From NCBI RefSeq assembly GCF_963921235.1, contig NC_086097.1, positions 182,468,001-182,532,000 on the forward strand: a stretch of 64,000 nt of DNA, written 5' to 3'. A program made the translations under genes and the position numbers. Position 1 is the first letter of the stretch; the number at the start of each line of letters is the position of its first letter. The notes under the pieces were generated by a model. That model was not told where the DNA came from. It saw only the letters and a list, made by a program, of their open reading frames with translations, and ran no database searches. Positions 20,690 through 33,300 of the stretch are shown in pieces. Source of the DNA: Mobula hypostoma. Taxonomy: Eukaryota.

Positions 20690-23220
20690 ACCTGGCAGAG
20701 AGAGTGGGAGCAGAGACAGAGGGTGGGGGAAAAGAGTCAGAGAGAGTGAGTGTGCAGACTCAGAGAGAGCGGAAAGCAGAGTCAGAGAGAGTGTGAGAAA
20801 ACAGAGACAGAGAGAGTGAGGGAATAGAGACAGAGAATGTGAGGGAACACAGAGAGAGTGGGGGAACAGAGACAGAGAGAGTGGGGGAACAGAGACAGAG
20901 AGAGTGGGGTAGCAAATACAGAGAGAGTGGGGAACAGAGTCAGAGAGATTGGGGGAGCATACGATGGAGAGGGTGGGGGAAAAGAGTCAGAGAGAGTGAG
21001 TGTGCAGATTCAGAGAGAGCGGAAAGCAGAGTCAGAGAGAGTGTGAGAAAACAGAGACAGAGAGAGTGAGGGAATAGAGACAGAGAGAGTGAGGGAACAT
21101 AGAGAGTCGGGGAACAGAGACAGAGAGAGTGCGAAAACAGACAGAGAGAGTGAGGGGACAGAGAGAGTGGGGGAACACAGAGAGAGTAGGGTAGCAAATA
21201 CAGAGAGAGTGGGGGAACAGAGTCAGAGAGAGCGAGGGATCAGATTCAGAGAGAGTGGGGGAATAGAGACAGAGAGAGTGAGGGAACAGAGTCAGAGAGA
21301 GTGGGGGATCTCATGGCAGAGAGACTGGGGGAACACAGCAGAGAGAGTGGGGGTAGACAGTCAGAGAGAGTGAGAGAAGAGAATCAGAGAGAGTGAGAAA
21401 ACAGTCAGAGAGAGTGAGGGAACGCAGTTAGAGAGAGTCGGGTAGCAGATTCAGAGAGAGTGGGGAGCACACGGCAGAGAGAGTGAGGGAACAGAGTCAG
21501 AGGGACTGGGGGAGCACAGTAGAGAGAGTGGGGGAATAGAGACAGAGAGAGTGGGGGAACAGAGTCAGAGACAGTGAGGGAACAAAGTCAGAGACAGTGA
21601 GGGATCAGAGACAGAGAGAGTGGGGTAGCAGAGTCAGAGGGAGTGGGGGAACAGAGTCAGAGGGAGTGGGGTAGCAGAGTCAGAGGGAGTGAGGTAGCAG
21701 AGTCAGAGGGAGTGGGGTAGCAGAGTCAGAGGGAGTGAGGTAGCAGAGTCAGAGGGAGTGGGGGAACAGAGTCAGAGGGAGTGGGGTAGCAGAGTCAGAG
21801 AGAGTGGGGTAGCAGAGTCAGAGGGAGTGGGGGAACAGAGTCAGAGGGAGTGAGGTAGCAGAGTCAGAGGGAGTGGGGTAGCAGAGTCAGAGGGAGTGGG
21901 GGAACAGAGTCAGAGGGAGTGAGGTAGCAGAGTCAGAGGGAGTGAGGTAGCAGAGTCAGAGGGAGTGGGGTAGCAGAGTCAGAGGGAGTGGGGGAACAGA
22001 GTCAGTGGGAGTGGGGTAGCAGAGTCAGAGGGAGTGGGGGAACAGAGTCAGAGGGAGTGAGGTAGCAGAGTCAGAGGGAGTGGGGGAACAGAGTCAGAGG
22101 GAGTGGGGTAGCAGAGTCAGAGGGAGTGGGGGAACAGAGTCAGAGGGAGTGGGGTAGTAGAGTCAGAGGGAATGGGGGAATAGAGACAGAGGGAGTGGGG
22201 GAATAGAGACAGAGAATGTGAGGGAACACATTAGAGAGAGTTGGATAGCAAATTCAGAGAGAATGTGGGAACAGAGTCTGAGAGAGTGGGGAGCAGAGTC
22301 AGAGAGAGTGGGGGTAGACAGTCAGAGAGAGTGGGGGATGAGTCAGAGAGAGTGGGGGTAGACAGTCAGAGAGAGTGGGGGATCAGAGTCAGAGAGAGTG
22401 GGGGTAGACAGTCAGAGAGAGTGGGGGATCAGAGTCAGAGAGAGTGGGGGTAGACAGTCAGAGAGAGTGGGGGATCAGAGTCAGAGAGAGTGGGGGAACA
22501 GACTCAGAGAGCGTAGGGGAGAAGAGTCAGAGAGAGTGAAGGATCAGGTTCAGAGAGATTGGGGGAACAGAGACAGAGAGAGTGAGAAAACAGAAACAGA
22601 GAGAGTGGGGGAACAGAGTCAGAGAGAGTTGGGCAGCAGAGTCAGAGAGAGTGGGGGAATAGAGACAGAGAGAGTTAGAAAACAGAGACAGAGAGAGCGG
22701 GAGAACACACGACAGAGAGTGAGGGAATGCAGTTAGAGAGAGTGAGGCAGCAGAGACAGAGAGAGCGGGGGAACAGAGTCAGAGACAGTGAGGGAACACA
22801 GAGACAGTGAGGGAACACAGTTAGAGAGAGTGGGGTAGCAAATTCAGAGAGAGTGAGGAACAGAGTCAGAGAGAGTGGGGAGCAGATTCAAAGACATTGG
22901 AGGAATAGAGACAGAGAGAGTGAGGGAACACAGTCAGAGACAGTGAGGAAACACAGTTAGAGAGAGTGGGGTAGCAGATTCAGAGAGAGTCGGGGAACAG
23001 AGTCAGAGAGATTGGGGGAATAGAGACAGAGAGAGTGAGAAAACAGAGACAGAGAGAGTGGGGGAACAGAGTCAGAGAGAGTTAGGCAGCAGAGTCTGAG
23101 AGATTGGGGGAGCATACGATGGAGAGAGTGGGGGAAAAGAGTCAGGGAGACTGTGTGAACACATGGCAGAAAGAGTGGGGGAACGGAGTCAGAGAATTTG
23201 GGGGATCAGAGTCAGAGAGA
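20690..23220. repeat. GA-rich minisatellite, about 23-bp unit (CAGAGTCAGAGGGAGTGGGGTAG and variants)
   Basis: Clean 23-bp period at 21600-22160 (cagagtc at 21675, 21698); degenerate flanks. Confidence 0.9.
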
Positions 23221-23239
23221 ATGAAGGAGCTGTGTCGGA

Positions 23240-23350
23240 GAGGCACAGTATATAGAAACAGGCCTTTCAGCCCAACCGGTCCTTGGCGAATAAGGTTTCT
23301 GTCTAAGTGTGTCCTCTGTGTCCACTTTTGGCCCAAATCCCTCTCAACAT
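23240..23350 (-). mobile_element. CR1 3'-UTR remnant
   Basis: gcacagtatatagaaacaggcctttcagcccaac is the reverse complement of a CR1-type 3' end. Confidence 0.5.
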
Positions 23351-23374
23351 AGAACATACAAGCAAATTTACTAA

Positions 23375-24272
23375 ACCAATGACTCCCACTGGTAAAGGTG
23401 GAGGGAGCAGGCAGTTAGTGCAGGATGCCTTGTAGCCATTCCCTTCAGCAACAAGTCTTTCCCTCTGGATACTGCTGGGTTGGGTGGTAACCTATCAGAG
23501 CCCAGTAGCATCAGCCAGGGGCAGTGACATTCACACCGGCCCTGTGGCCCGTCAGCCAGGGCGGTGACATTCACACTGGCCCTGTGGCCCATCAGCCAGG
23601 GCAGTGACATTCACACTGGCCCTGTGGCCCATCAGCCAGGGCGGTGACATTCACACTGGCCCTGTGGCCCATCAGCCAGGGCAGTGACATTCACACTGGC
23701 CCTGTGGCCCATCAGCCAGGGTGGTGACATTCACACTAGCCCTGTGGCTCGTCAGGCAGTGCAATGACATTCAGACTGGCCCTGTGGCTCATCAGCCAGG
23801 GGTAAAGTTGATACTGATAGGAGAATTGATGTTTAGAGGTACAGACTGAAGGCTATGTGACCATGAAAGAGATGCTTGAATGGGTGTTGCTCCCAGATGC
23901 CAGGGTTGAGGATGTCTCTGGAGAGATGCAGAATGTTCTCAAAGCAGAGGGTGAGCAGCCAGGGGCCGTGCTGTATTGGCATCAGTGACAGGAGAAAGGA
24001 AGAAGAGGTTCCGTGCAGAGTGTAAAGGGAGTTAGGAAAGAGGCCAAGAAACAGAACTTTGAAGGTAGAAATCTGTGCATTCTCCTGGTGCCAAGTGCGA
24101 GTCCAGGCAGGAATACAAAGATAGAACGGATATTTGAATAACTGAACACTGATGCAGAGGGCAGGGCTTCAAATTCATGGATCATTTGGACTATTTCTGG
24201 GCAGGGTGACTTGTACAAGAGAGATCAGCTGCAATTAACAGGAGGAGATCCAATATATTGGCCAAAAAGTTC
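23375..24272 (+). mobile_element. Decayed CR1 ORF1 (SGNH esterase) remnant, interrupted by a 40-bp minisatellite
   Basis: gtagccattcccttcagcaacaag..ctggatact (cf. 5740-5780); gtgttgctcccagatgccagggttgaggatgtctct; ggatcatttggactatttctggg; gagatcagctgcaattaac..ggagatccaatatatt (cf. 10780-10860). Confidence 0.65.
23510..23801. repeat. 40-bp minisatellite ATCAGCCAGGGCAGTGACATTCACACTGGCCCTGTGGCCC, about 7.3 copies
   Basis: TCAGCC/TCAGGC at 23511, 23552, 23592, 23632, 23672, 23712, 23752, 23792. Confidence 0.95.
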
Positions 24273-24399
24273 AAGGTGTGAGTGTAAGTATGAGCAGCGA
24301 GTGTGTCTGGAGGAATGTGTAGGTGAGAGTGATATGAGCATGACTAGTGTACATGTGGTGTGACTCTGAGTCAAGTGTAAGTGTGATGTGTCTGTGAGA

Positions 24400-27300
24400 C
24401 CAACGTGAGCGTGGTGTGGTGCAGACCAGGGTGAGTGTGGTATAATTGAGACCAGGGTGAGTGTGGTGTGATTGAGACCAATGTGAGTGTGGTATGATTG
24501 TGAGACCAGGGTGAGTGTGGTGAAATAGTGAGACCAGGGTGAGTGTGGCGTGATTGTGAGACCAGGGTGAGTGTGGTGTGATTCAGACCAGGGTGAGTGT
24601 GATGTGATTGTGAGACCAGGGTGAGTGCAGTCTGATTGAGACCAGGGTGAATGTGGTGTGATTGAGACCAGGGTGAGTGTGGTGTGATTGAGAACAGGGT
24701 AAGTGTGGTGTGATTGAGAGACCAATCTGAGTGTGGTGTGATTGAGACCAGGGTGAGTGTGGTGTGATTGAGACCAGGGTGAGTGTGGTGTGATTGTCAG
24801 ACCAATCTGAGAGTGGTGTGATTGAGACCAGGGTGAGTGTGGTATGATTGAGACCAGGGTGAGTGTGGTGTGATTGTCAGACCAATCTGAGTGTGGTGTG
24901 ATTGAGACCAGGGTAAGTGTGGTGTGATTGTGAGACCAGGGTGAGTGTGGTGTGATTGCGAGACCAGGGTGAGTGTGGTGTGATTGTGAGACCAGGGTGA
25001 GTGTGGTGTGATTGTGAGACCAGGCTGAGTATGGTGTGATTGAGACCAGGGTGAGTGTGGTATGATTGTGAGACCAGGGTGAGTGTGGTGTGATTGTGAG
25101 ACCAGGGTGAGTGTGGTGTGATTGAGACCAGGGTGAGTGTGGTGTGATTGAGACCAGGGTGAGTGTGGTGTGATTGTGAGACCAGGGTGAGTGTGGTGTG
25201 ATTGAGACCAGGGTGAGTGTGGTGTGATTCAGACCAGGGTGAGTGTGGTGTGATTGTGAGACTGGGGTGATGGTGGTGAGATTGAGACCAATGTGAGTGT
25301 GTGTGATTGTGAGACCAGAGTGAGTGTGGTGTGATTGTGAGACCAGGGTGAGTGTGGTGTGATTGTGAGACCAGGGTGAGTGTGGTGTGATTGTGAGACC
25401 AGGGTGAGTGTGGTGTGATTGTGAGACCAGGGTGAGTGTGGTGTGATTGTCAGACCAGGGTGAGTGTGGTGTGATTGAGACCAGGGTGAGTGTGGTGTGA
25501 TTGTGAGACCAGGGTGAGTGTGGTGTGATTGTGAGACCAGGGTGAGTGTGGTGTGATTGAGACCAGGGTGAGTGTGGTGTGATTGTGAGACCAGGGTGAG
25601 TGTGGTGTGATTGAGACCAGGGTGAGTGTGGTGTGATTGTGAGACCAGGGTGAGTGTGGTGTGATTGAGACCAGGGTGAGTGTGGTGTGATTGTGAGACC
25701 AGGGTGAGTGTGGTGTGATTGTGAGACCAGGGTGAGTGTGGTGTGATTGAGACCAGGGTGAGTGTGGTGTGATTGTGAGACCAGGGTGAGTGTGGTGTGA
25801 TTGAGAGACCAGGGTGAGTGTGGTGTGATTGTGAGACCAGGGTGAGTGTGGTGTGATTGAGAGACCTGGGTGACTGTGGTGTGATTGAGACCAGGGTGAG
25901 TGTGGTGTGATTGAGACCAGGGTGAGTGTGGTGTGATTGTCAGACCAGGGTGAGTGTGGTGTGATTGAGACCAGGGTGAGTGTGGTGTGATTGTGAGACC
26001 AGGGTGAGTGTGGTGTGATTGTAAGACCAGGGTGAGTGTGGTGTGATTGTGAGACCAGGGTGAGTGTGGTGTGATTGAGACCAGGGTGAGTGTGGTGTGA
26101 TTGTGAGACCAGGGTGAGTGTGGTATGATTGTCAGACCAGGGTGAGTGTGGTGTGATTTGAGACCAGGGTGAGTGTGGTGTGATTATGAGACCAGGGTGA
26201 GTGTGGTGTGATTGTGAGACCAGGGTGAGTGTGGTGTGATTGGAGACCAGGGTGAGTGTGGTGTGATTGAGACCAGGGTGAGTGTGGTGTGATTGTGAGA
26301 CTGGGGTGAGTGTGGTGAGATTGAGACCAATGTGAGTGTGTGTGATTGTGAGACCAGAGTGAGTGTGGTGTGATTGTGAGACCAGGGTGAGTGTGGTGTG
26401 ATTGTGAGACCAGGGTGAGTGTGGTGTGATTGAGACCAGGGTGAGTGTGGTGTGATTGTGAGACCAGGGTGAGTGTGGTGTGATTGTGAGACCAGGGTGA
26501 GTGTGGTGTGATTGTGAGACCAGGGTGAGTGTGGTGTGATTGTGAGACCAGGGTGAGTGTGGTGTGATTGTGAGACCAGGGTGAGTGTGGTGTGATTGTG
26601 AGACCAGGGTGAGTGTGGTGTGATTGAGACCAGGGTGAGTATGGTGTGATTCAGACCAGGGTGAGTGTGGTGTGATTGAGACCAGGGTGAGTGTGGTGTG
26701 ATTCAGACCAGGGTGAGTGTGGTTTGATTGAGACCAGGGTGAGTGTGGTGTGATTGAGAGACCAATCTGTGGGTGGTGTGATTGAGACCAGGGTGAGTGT
26801 GGTGTGATTGAGACCAGGGTGAGTGTGTTATGATTGAGACCAGGGTGAGTGTGGTGTGATTGTCAGACCAATCTGAGTGTGGTGTGATTGAGACCAGGGT
26901 GAGTGTGGTGTGATTGTGAGACCAGGGTGAGTGTGGTGTGATTGTGAGACCAATATGAGTGTAGTGTGATTGAGACCAGGGTAAGTGGGTGTGATTGTGA
27001 GACCAGGGTGAGTGTGGTGTGATTGTGAGACCAGGCTGAATGTGGCGTAATTGTGAGACCAGGGTGAGTGTGGTGTGATTGTGAGACCAGGGTGAGTGTG
27101 GTGTGATTGTGAGACCAGGGTGAGTGTGGTGTGATTGAGACCAGGGTAAGTGTGGTGTGATTGTGAGACCAGGGTGAGTGTGGTATGATTGAGACCAGGG
27201 TGAGTGTGGTGTGATTGTGAGACCAATTTGAGTGTGGTGTGATTGTGAGACCAGGGTGAGTGTGGTGTGATTGAGACCAGGGAGAGTATGGTGTGATTCG

Positions 27301-30300
27301 GACCAGGGTGAGTGTGGTGTGATTGCGACCAGGGTGAGTGTGGTGTGATTGAGAGAAGGGTGTGTGTGGTATGATTGAGACCAGGGTGAGTGTGGTGTGA
27401 TTGTGAGACCAGGGTGAGTGTGGTGTGATTGAGACCAGGGTGAGTGTGGTGTGATTGTGAGACCAGGGTGAGTGTGGTGTGATTGTGAGACCAGGGTGAG
27501 TGTGGTGAGATTGAGACCAGGGTGAGTGTGGTGTGATTGTGAGACCAGAGTGAGTGTGGTGTGATTGTGAGACCAGGGTGAGTGTGGTGTGATTGTGAGA
27601 CCAGGGTGAGTGTGGTGTGATTGTGAGACCAGGGTGAGTGTGGTGTGATTGTGAGACCAGGGTGAGTGTGGTGTGATTGTGAGACCAGGGTGAGTGTGGT
27701 GTGATTGTGAGACCAGGGTGAGTGTGGTGTGATTGAGATAAGGGTAAGTGTGATGTGATTGTGAGACCAGGGTGATTGTGGTGTGATTGTGAGACTGGGG
27801 TGATTGTGGTGAGATTGAGACCAATTTGAGTGTGTGTGATTGTGAGACCAGAGTGCGTGTGGTGTGATTGAGAACAGGGTGAATGTGGTGTGATTGTGAG
27901 ACCAATGTGAGTGTGGTGTGATTGTGAGACCAGGGTGAGTGTGGTGTGATTGAGACCAGGGTGAGTGTGGTGTGATTGTGAGACCAGGGTGAGTGTGGTG
28001 TGATTGTGAGACCAGGGTGAGTGTGGTGTGATTGTGAGACCAGGGTGAGTGTGGTGTGATTGAGACCAGGGTGAGTGTGGTGTGATTGTGAGACCAATCT
28101 GAGCGTGGTGTGATTGAGACAAGGTTAAGTGTGGTGTGATGGTGAGACCAGGGTGATTGTGGTGTGATGGTGAAACCAGGGTGAGTGTGGTGTGATTGAG
28201 ACCAGGTAAGTGGGTGTGATTGTGAGACCAGGGTGAGTGTGGTGTGATTGAGACCAGGGTGAGTGTGGTGTGATTGTGAGACCAGGGTGAGTGGGGTGTG
28301 ATTGTGAGACCAGGGTGAGTGTGGTGTGATTGAGACCAGGGTGAGTGTGGTGTGATTGTGAGACCAGGGTGAGTGTGGTGTGATTGAGACCAGGGTGAGT
28401 GTGGTGTGATTGTGAGACCAGGGTGAGTGTGGTGTGATTGTGAGACCAATGTGAGTGTAGTGTGATTGAGACCAGGGTAAGTGGGTGTGATTGTGAGACC
28501 AGGGTGAGTGTGGTGTGATTGAGACCAGGGTGAGTGTGGTGTGATTGTGAGACCAGGGTGAGTGTGGTGTGATTGAGACCAGGGTGAGTGTGGTGTGATT
28601 GTGAGACTGGGGTGATGGTGGTGAGATTGAGACCAATGTGAGTGTGTGTGATTGTGAGACCAGAGTGAGTGTGGTGTGATTGTGAGACCAGGGTGAGTGT
28701 GGTGTGATTGAGACCAGGGTAAGTGTGGTGTGATTGTGAGACCAGGGTGAGTGTGGTGTGATTGAGACCAGGGTGAGTGTGGTGTGAATGTGAGACCAGG
28801 GTGAGTGTGGTGTGATTGTGAGACTGGGGTGAATGTGGTGTGATTGAGACCAGGGTGAGTGTGGTGTGATTGTGAGACCAGGGTGAGTGTGGTGTGATTG
28901 TGAGACCAGGGTGAATGTGGCCTGATTGTGAGACCAGGCAGAGTGTGGTATGTTTGAGACCAGGGTGAGTGTGGTGTGAATGTGAGACCAGGGTGAGTGT
29001 GGTGTGATTGTGAGACCAGGGTGATTGTGTTGTGATTGTGAGACTGAGGGGATTGTGGTGAGACTGAATCCAATGTGAGTGTGTGTGATTGTGAGACCAG
29101 AGTGAGTATGGTGTGATTGTGAGACCAGGGTGAGTGTGGTATGTTTGAGACCAGGGTGAGTGTGGTGTGATTGTGAGACCAGGGTGAGTGTGGTGTGATT
29201 GTGAGACCAGGGTGAGTGTGGTGTGATTGAGACCAGGGTGAGTGTGGTGTGATTGTGAGACCAGGGTGAGTGTGGTGTGATTGTGAGACCAGGGTGACTG
29301 TGGCCTGATTGTGAGACCAGGCAGAGTGTGGTATGTTTGAGACCAGGGTGAGTGTGGTGTGATTAAGACCAGGGTGAGTGTGGTATGATTGAGACCAGGG
29401 TGAGTGTGGTGTGATTGTGAGACCAGTGTGAGTGTGGTGTGATTGTGAGACCAGGGTGAGTGTGGTGTGATTGAGACCAGGGTGAGTGTGGTCTGATTCA
29501 GACCAAGGTGAGTGTGATGTGATTGTGAGACCAGGGTGAGTGTGGTGCGATTTAGACCAGGGAGAGTATGGTGTGATTCAGACCAGGGTGAGTGTGGTGT
29601 GATTGCGACCAGGGTGAGTGTGGTGTGATTGTGAGACCAGGGTGAATGTGGCATGATTGTGAGACCAGGGTGAGTGTGGTATGTTTGAGACCAGGGTAAG
29701 TGTGGTGTGATTGTGAGACCAGGGTGAGTGTGGTGTGATTGAGACCAGGGTGAGTGTGGTGTAATTGTGAGACCAGGGTGAGTGTGGTGTGGTTGTGAGA
29801 GCAGGGTGAATGTGGCGTGATTGTGAGACCAGGGTGAGTGTGGTATGTTTGAGACAAGGGAAAGTGTGGTGTGATTGTGAGAATAGGGTGAGTGTGGTGT
29901 GATTGAGACCAGGGTGAGTGTGGTGTGAGTGTGAGACCAGGGTGAGTGTGGTGTGATTCAGACTAGGTTGAGTGTGATGTGATTCAGACCAGGGAGAGTA
30001 TGGTGTGATTCAGACCAGGGTGAGTGTGGTGTGATTGAGACCAGGGTGAGTGTGGTGTGATTGTGAGACCAGGGTGAGTGTGGTGTGATTGAGACCAGGG
30101 TGAGTGTGGGATGATTGAGACCAGGGTGAGTGTGGTGTGATTGTCAGACCAATCTGAGTGTGGTGTGATTGAGACCAGGGTGAGTGTGGTGTGATTGTGA
30201 GACCAGGGTGAGTGTGGTGTGATTGTGAGACCAATGTGAGTGTAGTGTGATTGAGACCAGGGTAAGTGGGTGTGATTGTGAGACCAGGGTGAGTGTGGTG

Positions 30301-33300
30301 TGATTGAGACCAGGGTGAGTGTGGTGTGATTGTGAGACCAGGGTGAATGTGGCGTGATTGTGAGACCAGGGTGAGTGTGGTATGTTTGAGACCAGGGTAA
30401 GTGTGGTGTGATTGTGAGACCAGGGTGAGTGTGGTGTGATTGAGACCAGGGTGAGTGTGGTGTGATTGTGAGACCAGGCTGAGTGTGGTGTGATTGTGTG
30501 ACCAGTGAATGTGGTGTGATTGAGACCAGGGTGTGTGTGGTGTGATTGTGAGACCAGGGTGGTTGTGTTGTGATTGTGAGACTGAGGTGATTGTGGTGAG
30601 ACTGAATCACCAGGGTGAGTGTGGTATGATTGTGAGACCAGTGTGAGTGTGGTGTGATTGTGAGACCAGGGTGAGTGTGGTGTGATTCAGACTAGGTTGA
30701 GTGTGATGTGATTCAGACCAGGGAGAGTATGGTGTGATTCAGACGAGGGTGAGTGTGGTGTGATTGAGACCAGGGTGAGTGTGGTGTGATTCAGACCAGG
30801 GTGAGTGTGGTGTGATTGAGACCAGGGTGAGTGTGGTGTGATTGAGACCAGGGTGAGTGTGGTGTGATTGTCAGACCAATCTGAGTGTGGTGTGATTGAG
30901 ACCAGGGTGAGTGTGGTGTGATTGTGAGACCAATGTGAGTGTAGTGTGATTGAGACCAGGGTAAGTGGGTGTGATTGTGAGACCAGGGTGAGTGTGGTGT
31001 GATTGAGACCAGGGTGAGTGTGGTGTGATTGTGAGACCAGGGTGAGTGTGGTGTGATTGTGAGACCAGGGTGAGTGTGGTATGATTGAGACCAGGGTGAG
31101 TGTGGTGTGATTGTGAGACCAATCTGAGTGTGGTGTGATTGAGAGACCAGGGTGAGTGTGGTGTGATTGTGAGACCAGGGTGAGTATGGTGTGTTTGAGA
31201 CCAGGGTGAGTGTGGTGTGATTGTGAGACCAGGGTGAGTGTGGTGCGATTCAGACCAGGGAGAGTATGGTGTGATTCAGACCAGGGTGAGTGTGGTGTGA
31301 TTGCGACCAGGGTGAGTGTGGTGTGATTGTGAGACCAGGGTGAATGTGGCGTGATTGTGAGACCAGAGTGAGTGTGGTATGTTTGAGACCAGGGTAAGTG
31401 TGGTGTGATTGTGAGACCAGGGTGAGTGTGGTGTGATTGAGACCAGGGTGAGTGTGGTGTGATTGTGAGACCAGGGTGAGTGTGGTGTGATTGTGAGACC
31501 AGGCTGAATGTGGCGTGATTGTGAGACCAGGGTGAGTGTGGTATGTTTGAGAACAGGGTAAGTGTGGTGTGATTGTGAGAATAGGGTGAGTGTGGTGTGA
31601 TTGAGACCAGGGTGAGTGTGGTGTGAGTGTGAGACCAGGGTGAGTGTGGTGTGATTGTGAGACCAGGATGATTGTGGTGTGATTGTAAGACTGGGATGAT
31701 TGTGGTGAGATTGAGACCAATGTGTGTGCTTGTGAGACCAGAGTGAGTGTGGTCTGATTGTGAGACCATGGTGAATGTGGTATGATTGTGAGACCAGGGT
31801 GAGTGTGGTGTGATTGAGACCAGGGTGAGTGTGGTGTGACTATGAGACGAATGTGAGTGTGGTGTGATTGTGAGACCAATGTGAGTGTGGTGTGATTGTG
31901 AGACCAGGGTGAGTGTGGTGTGATTGAGACCAGGGTGATTGTGGTGTGATTGTGAGACTGAGGTGATTGTGGTGAGACTGAATCGAATGTCAGTGTGTGT
32001 GATTGTGAGACCAGAGTGAGTGTGGTGTGATTGTGAGACCAGGGTGAGTGTGGTATGTTTGAGACCAGGGTAAGTGTGGTGTGATTGTGAGACCAGGGTG
32101 AGTGTGGTGTGATTGTGAGACCAGGGTGAGTGTGGTGTGATTGAGACCAGGGTGAGTGTGGTGTGACTATGAGACGAATGTGAGTGTGGTGTGATTGTGA
32201 GACCAATGTGAGTGTGGTGTGATTGAGACCAGGGTAAGTGTGGTGTGATTGTGAGACCAGGGTGATTGTGTTGTGATTGTGAGACTGAGGTGATTGTGGT
32301 GTGATTGTGAGACCAGGGTGAGTGTGGTGTGATTGTGAGACCAGAGTGAGTGTGGTGTGATTGTGAGACCAGGGTGAGTGTGGTATGTTTGAGACCAGGG
32401 TAAGTGTGGTGTGATTGTGAGACCAGGGTGAGTGTGGTGTGATTGAGACCAGGGTGAGTGTGGTGTGATTGTGAGACCAGGGTGAGTGTGGTGTGGTTGT
32501 GAGACCAGGGTGAATGTGGTGTGATTGTGTGACCAGGGTGAGTGTGGTATGTTTGAGACCAGGGAAAGTGTGGTGTGATTGTGAGAATAGGGTGAGTGTG
32601 GTGTGATTGAGACCAGGGTGAGTGTGGTGTGAGTGTGAGACCAGGGTGAGTGTGGTGTGATTGTGAGACCAGGGTGAGTGTGGTGTGATTGTGAGACCAG
32701 GATGATTGTGGTGTGATTGTAAGACTGGAATGATTGTGGTGAGATTGAGAACAATGTTTCTGCTTGTGAGAGCAGAGTGAGTGTGGTCTGATTGTGAGAC
32801 CATGGTGAATGTGGTATGATTGTGAGACCAGGGTGAGTGTGGTGTGATTGAGACCAGGGTGAGTGTGGTGTGATTGTGAGACGAATGTGAGTGTGGTGTG
32901 ATTGTGAGACCAATGTGAGTGTGGTGTGATTGAGACCAGGGTAAGTGTGGTGTGATTGTGAGACCAGGGTGATTGTGTTGTGATTGTGAGACCAGGGTGA
33001 GTGTGGTATGTTTGAGACCAGGGTGAGTGTGTGTGATTGTGAGACCAGGGTGAGTGTGGTGTGATTGTGAGACCAGGGTGAGTGTGGTGTGATTGAGACC
33101 AGGGTGAATGTGGTGTGATTGTGAGACCAGGGTGAGTGTGGTGTGATTGAGACCAGGGTGAGTGTGGTGTGATTAAGACCAGGGTGAGTGTGGTGTGATT
33201 GTGAGAGCAATCTGAGTGTGATGTGATTGTGAGACCAGGGAGAGTATGGTGTGATTCAGACCAGGGTGAGTGTGATGTGATTGAGAGACCAATCTGAGTG

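Noticed and set aside
14030..23357. ORFs such as (MVGEGGVF)n, (MEREWGRERVRLGKG)n, (ESGGRQSERVG)n and Pro/Ser-rich ORFs at 18058-18543
   Set aside because: Translations of minisatellites and low-complexity tracts.
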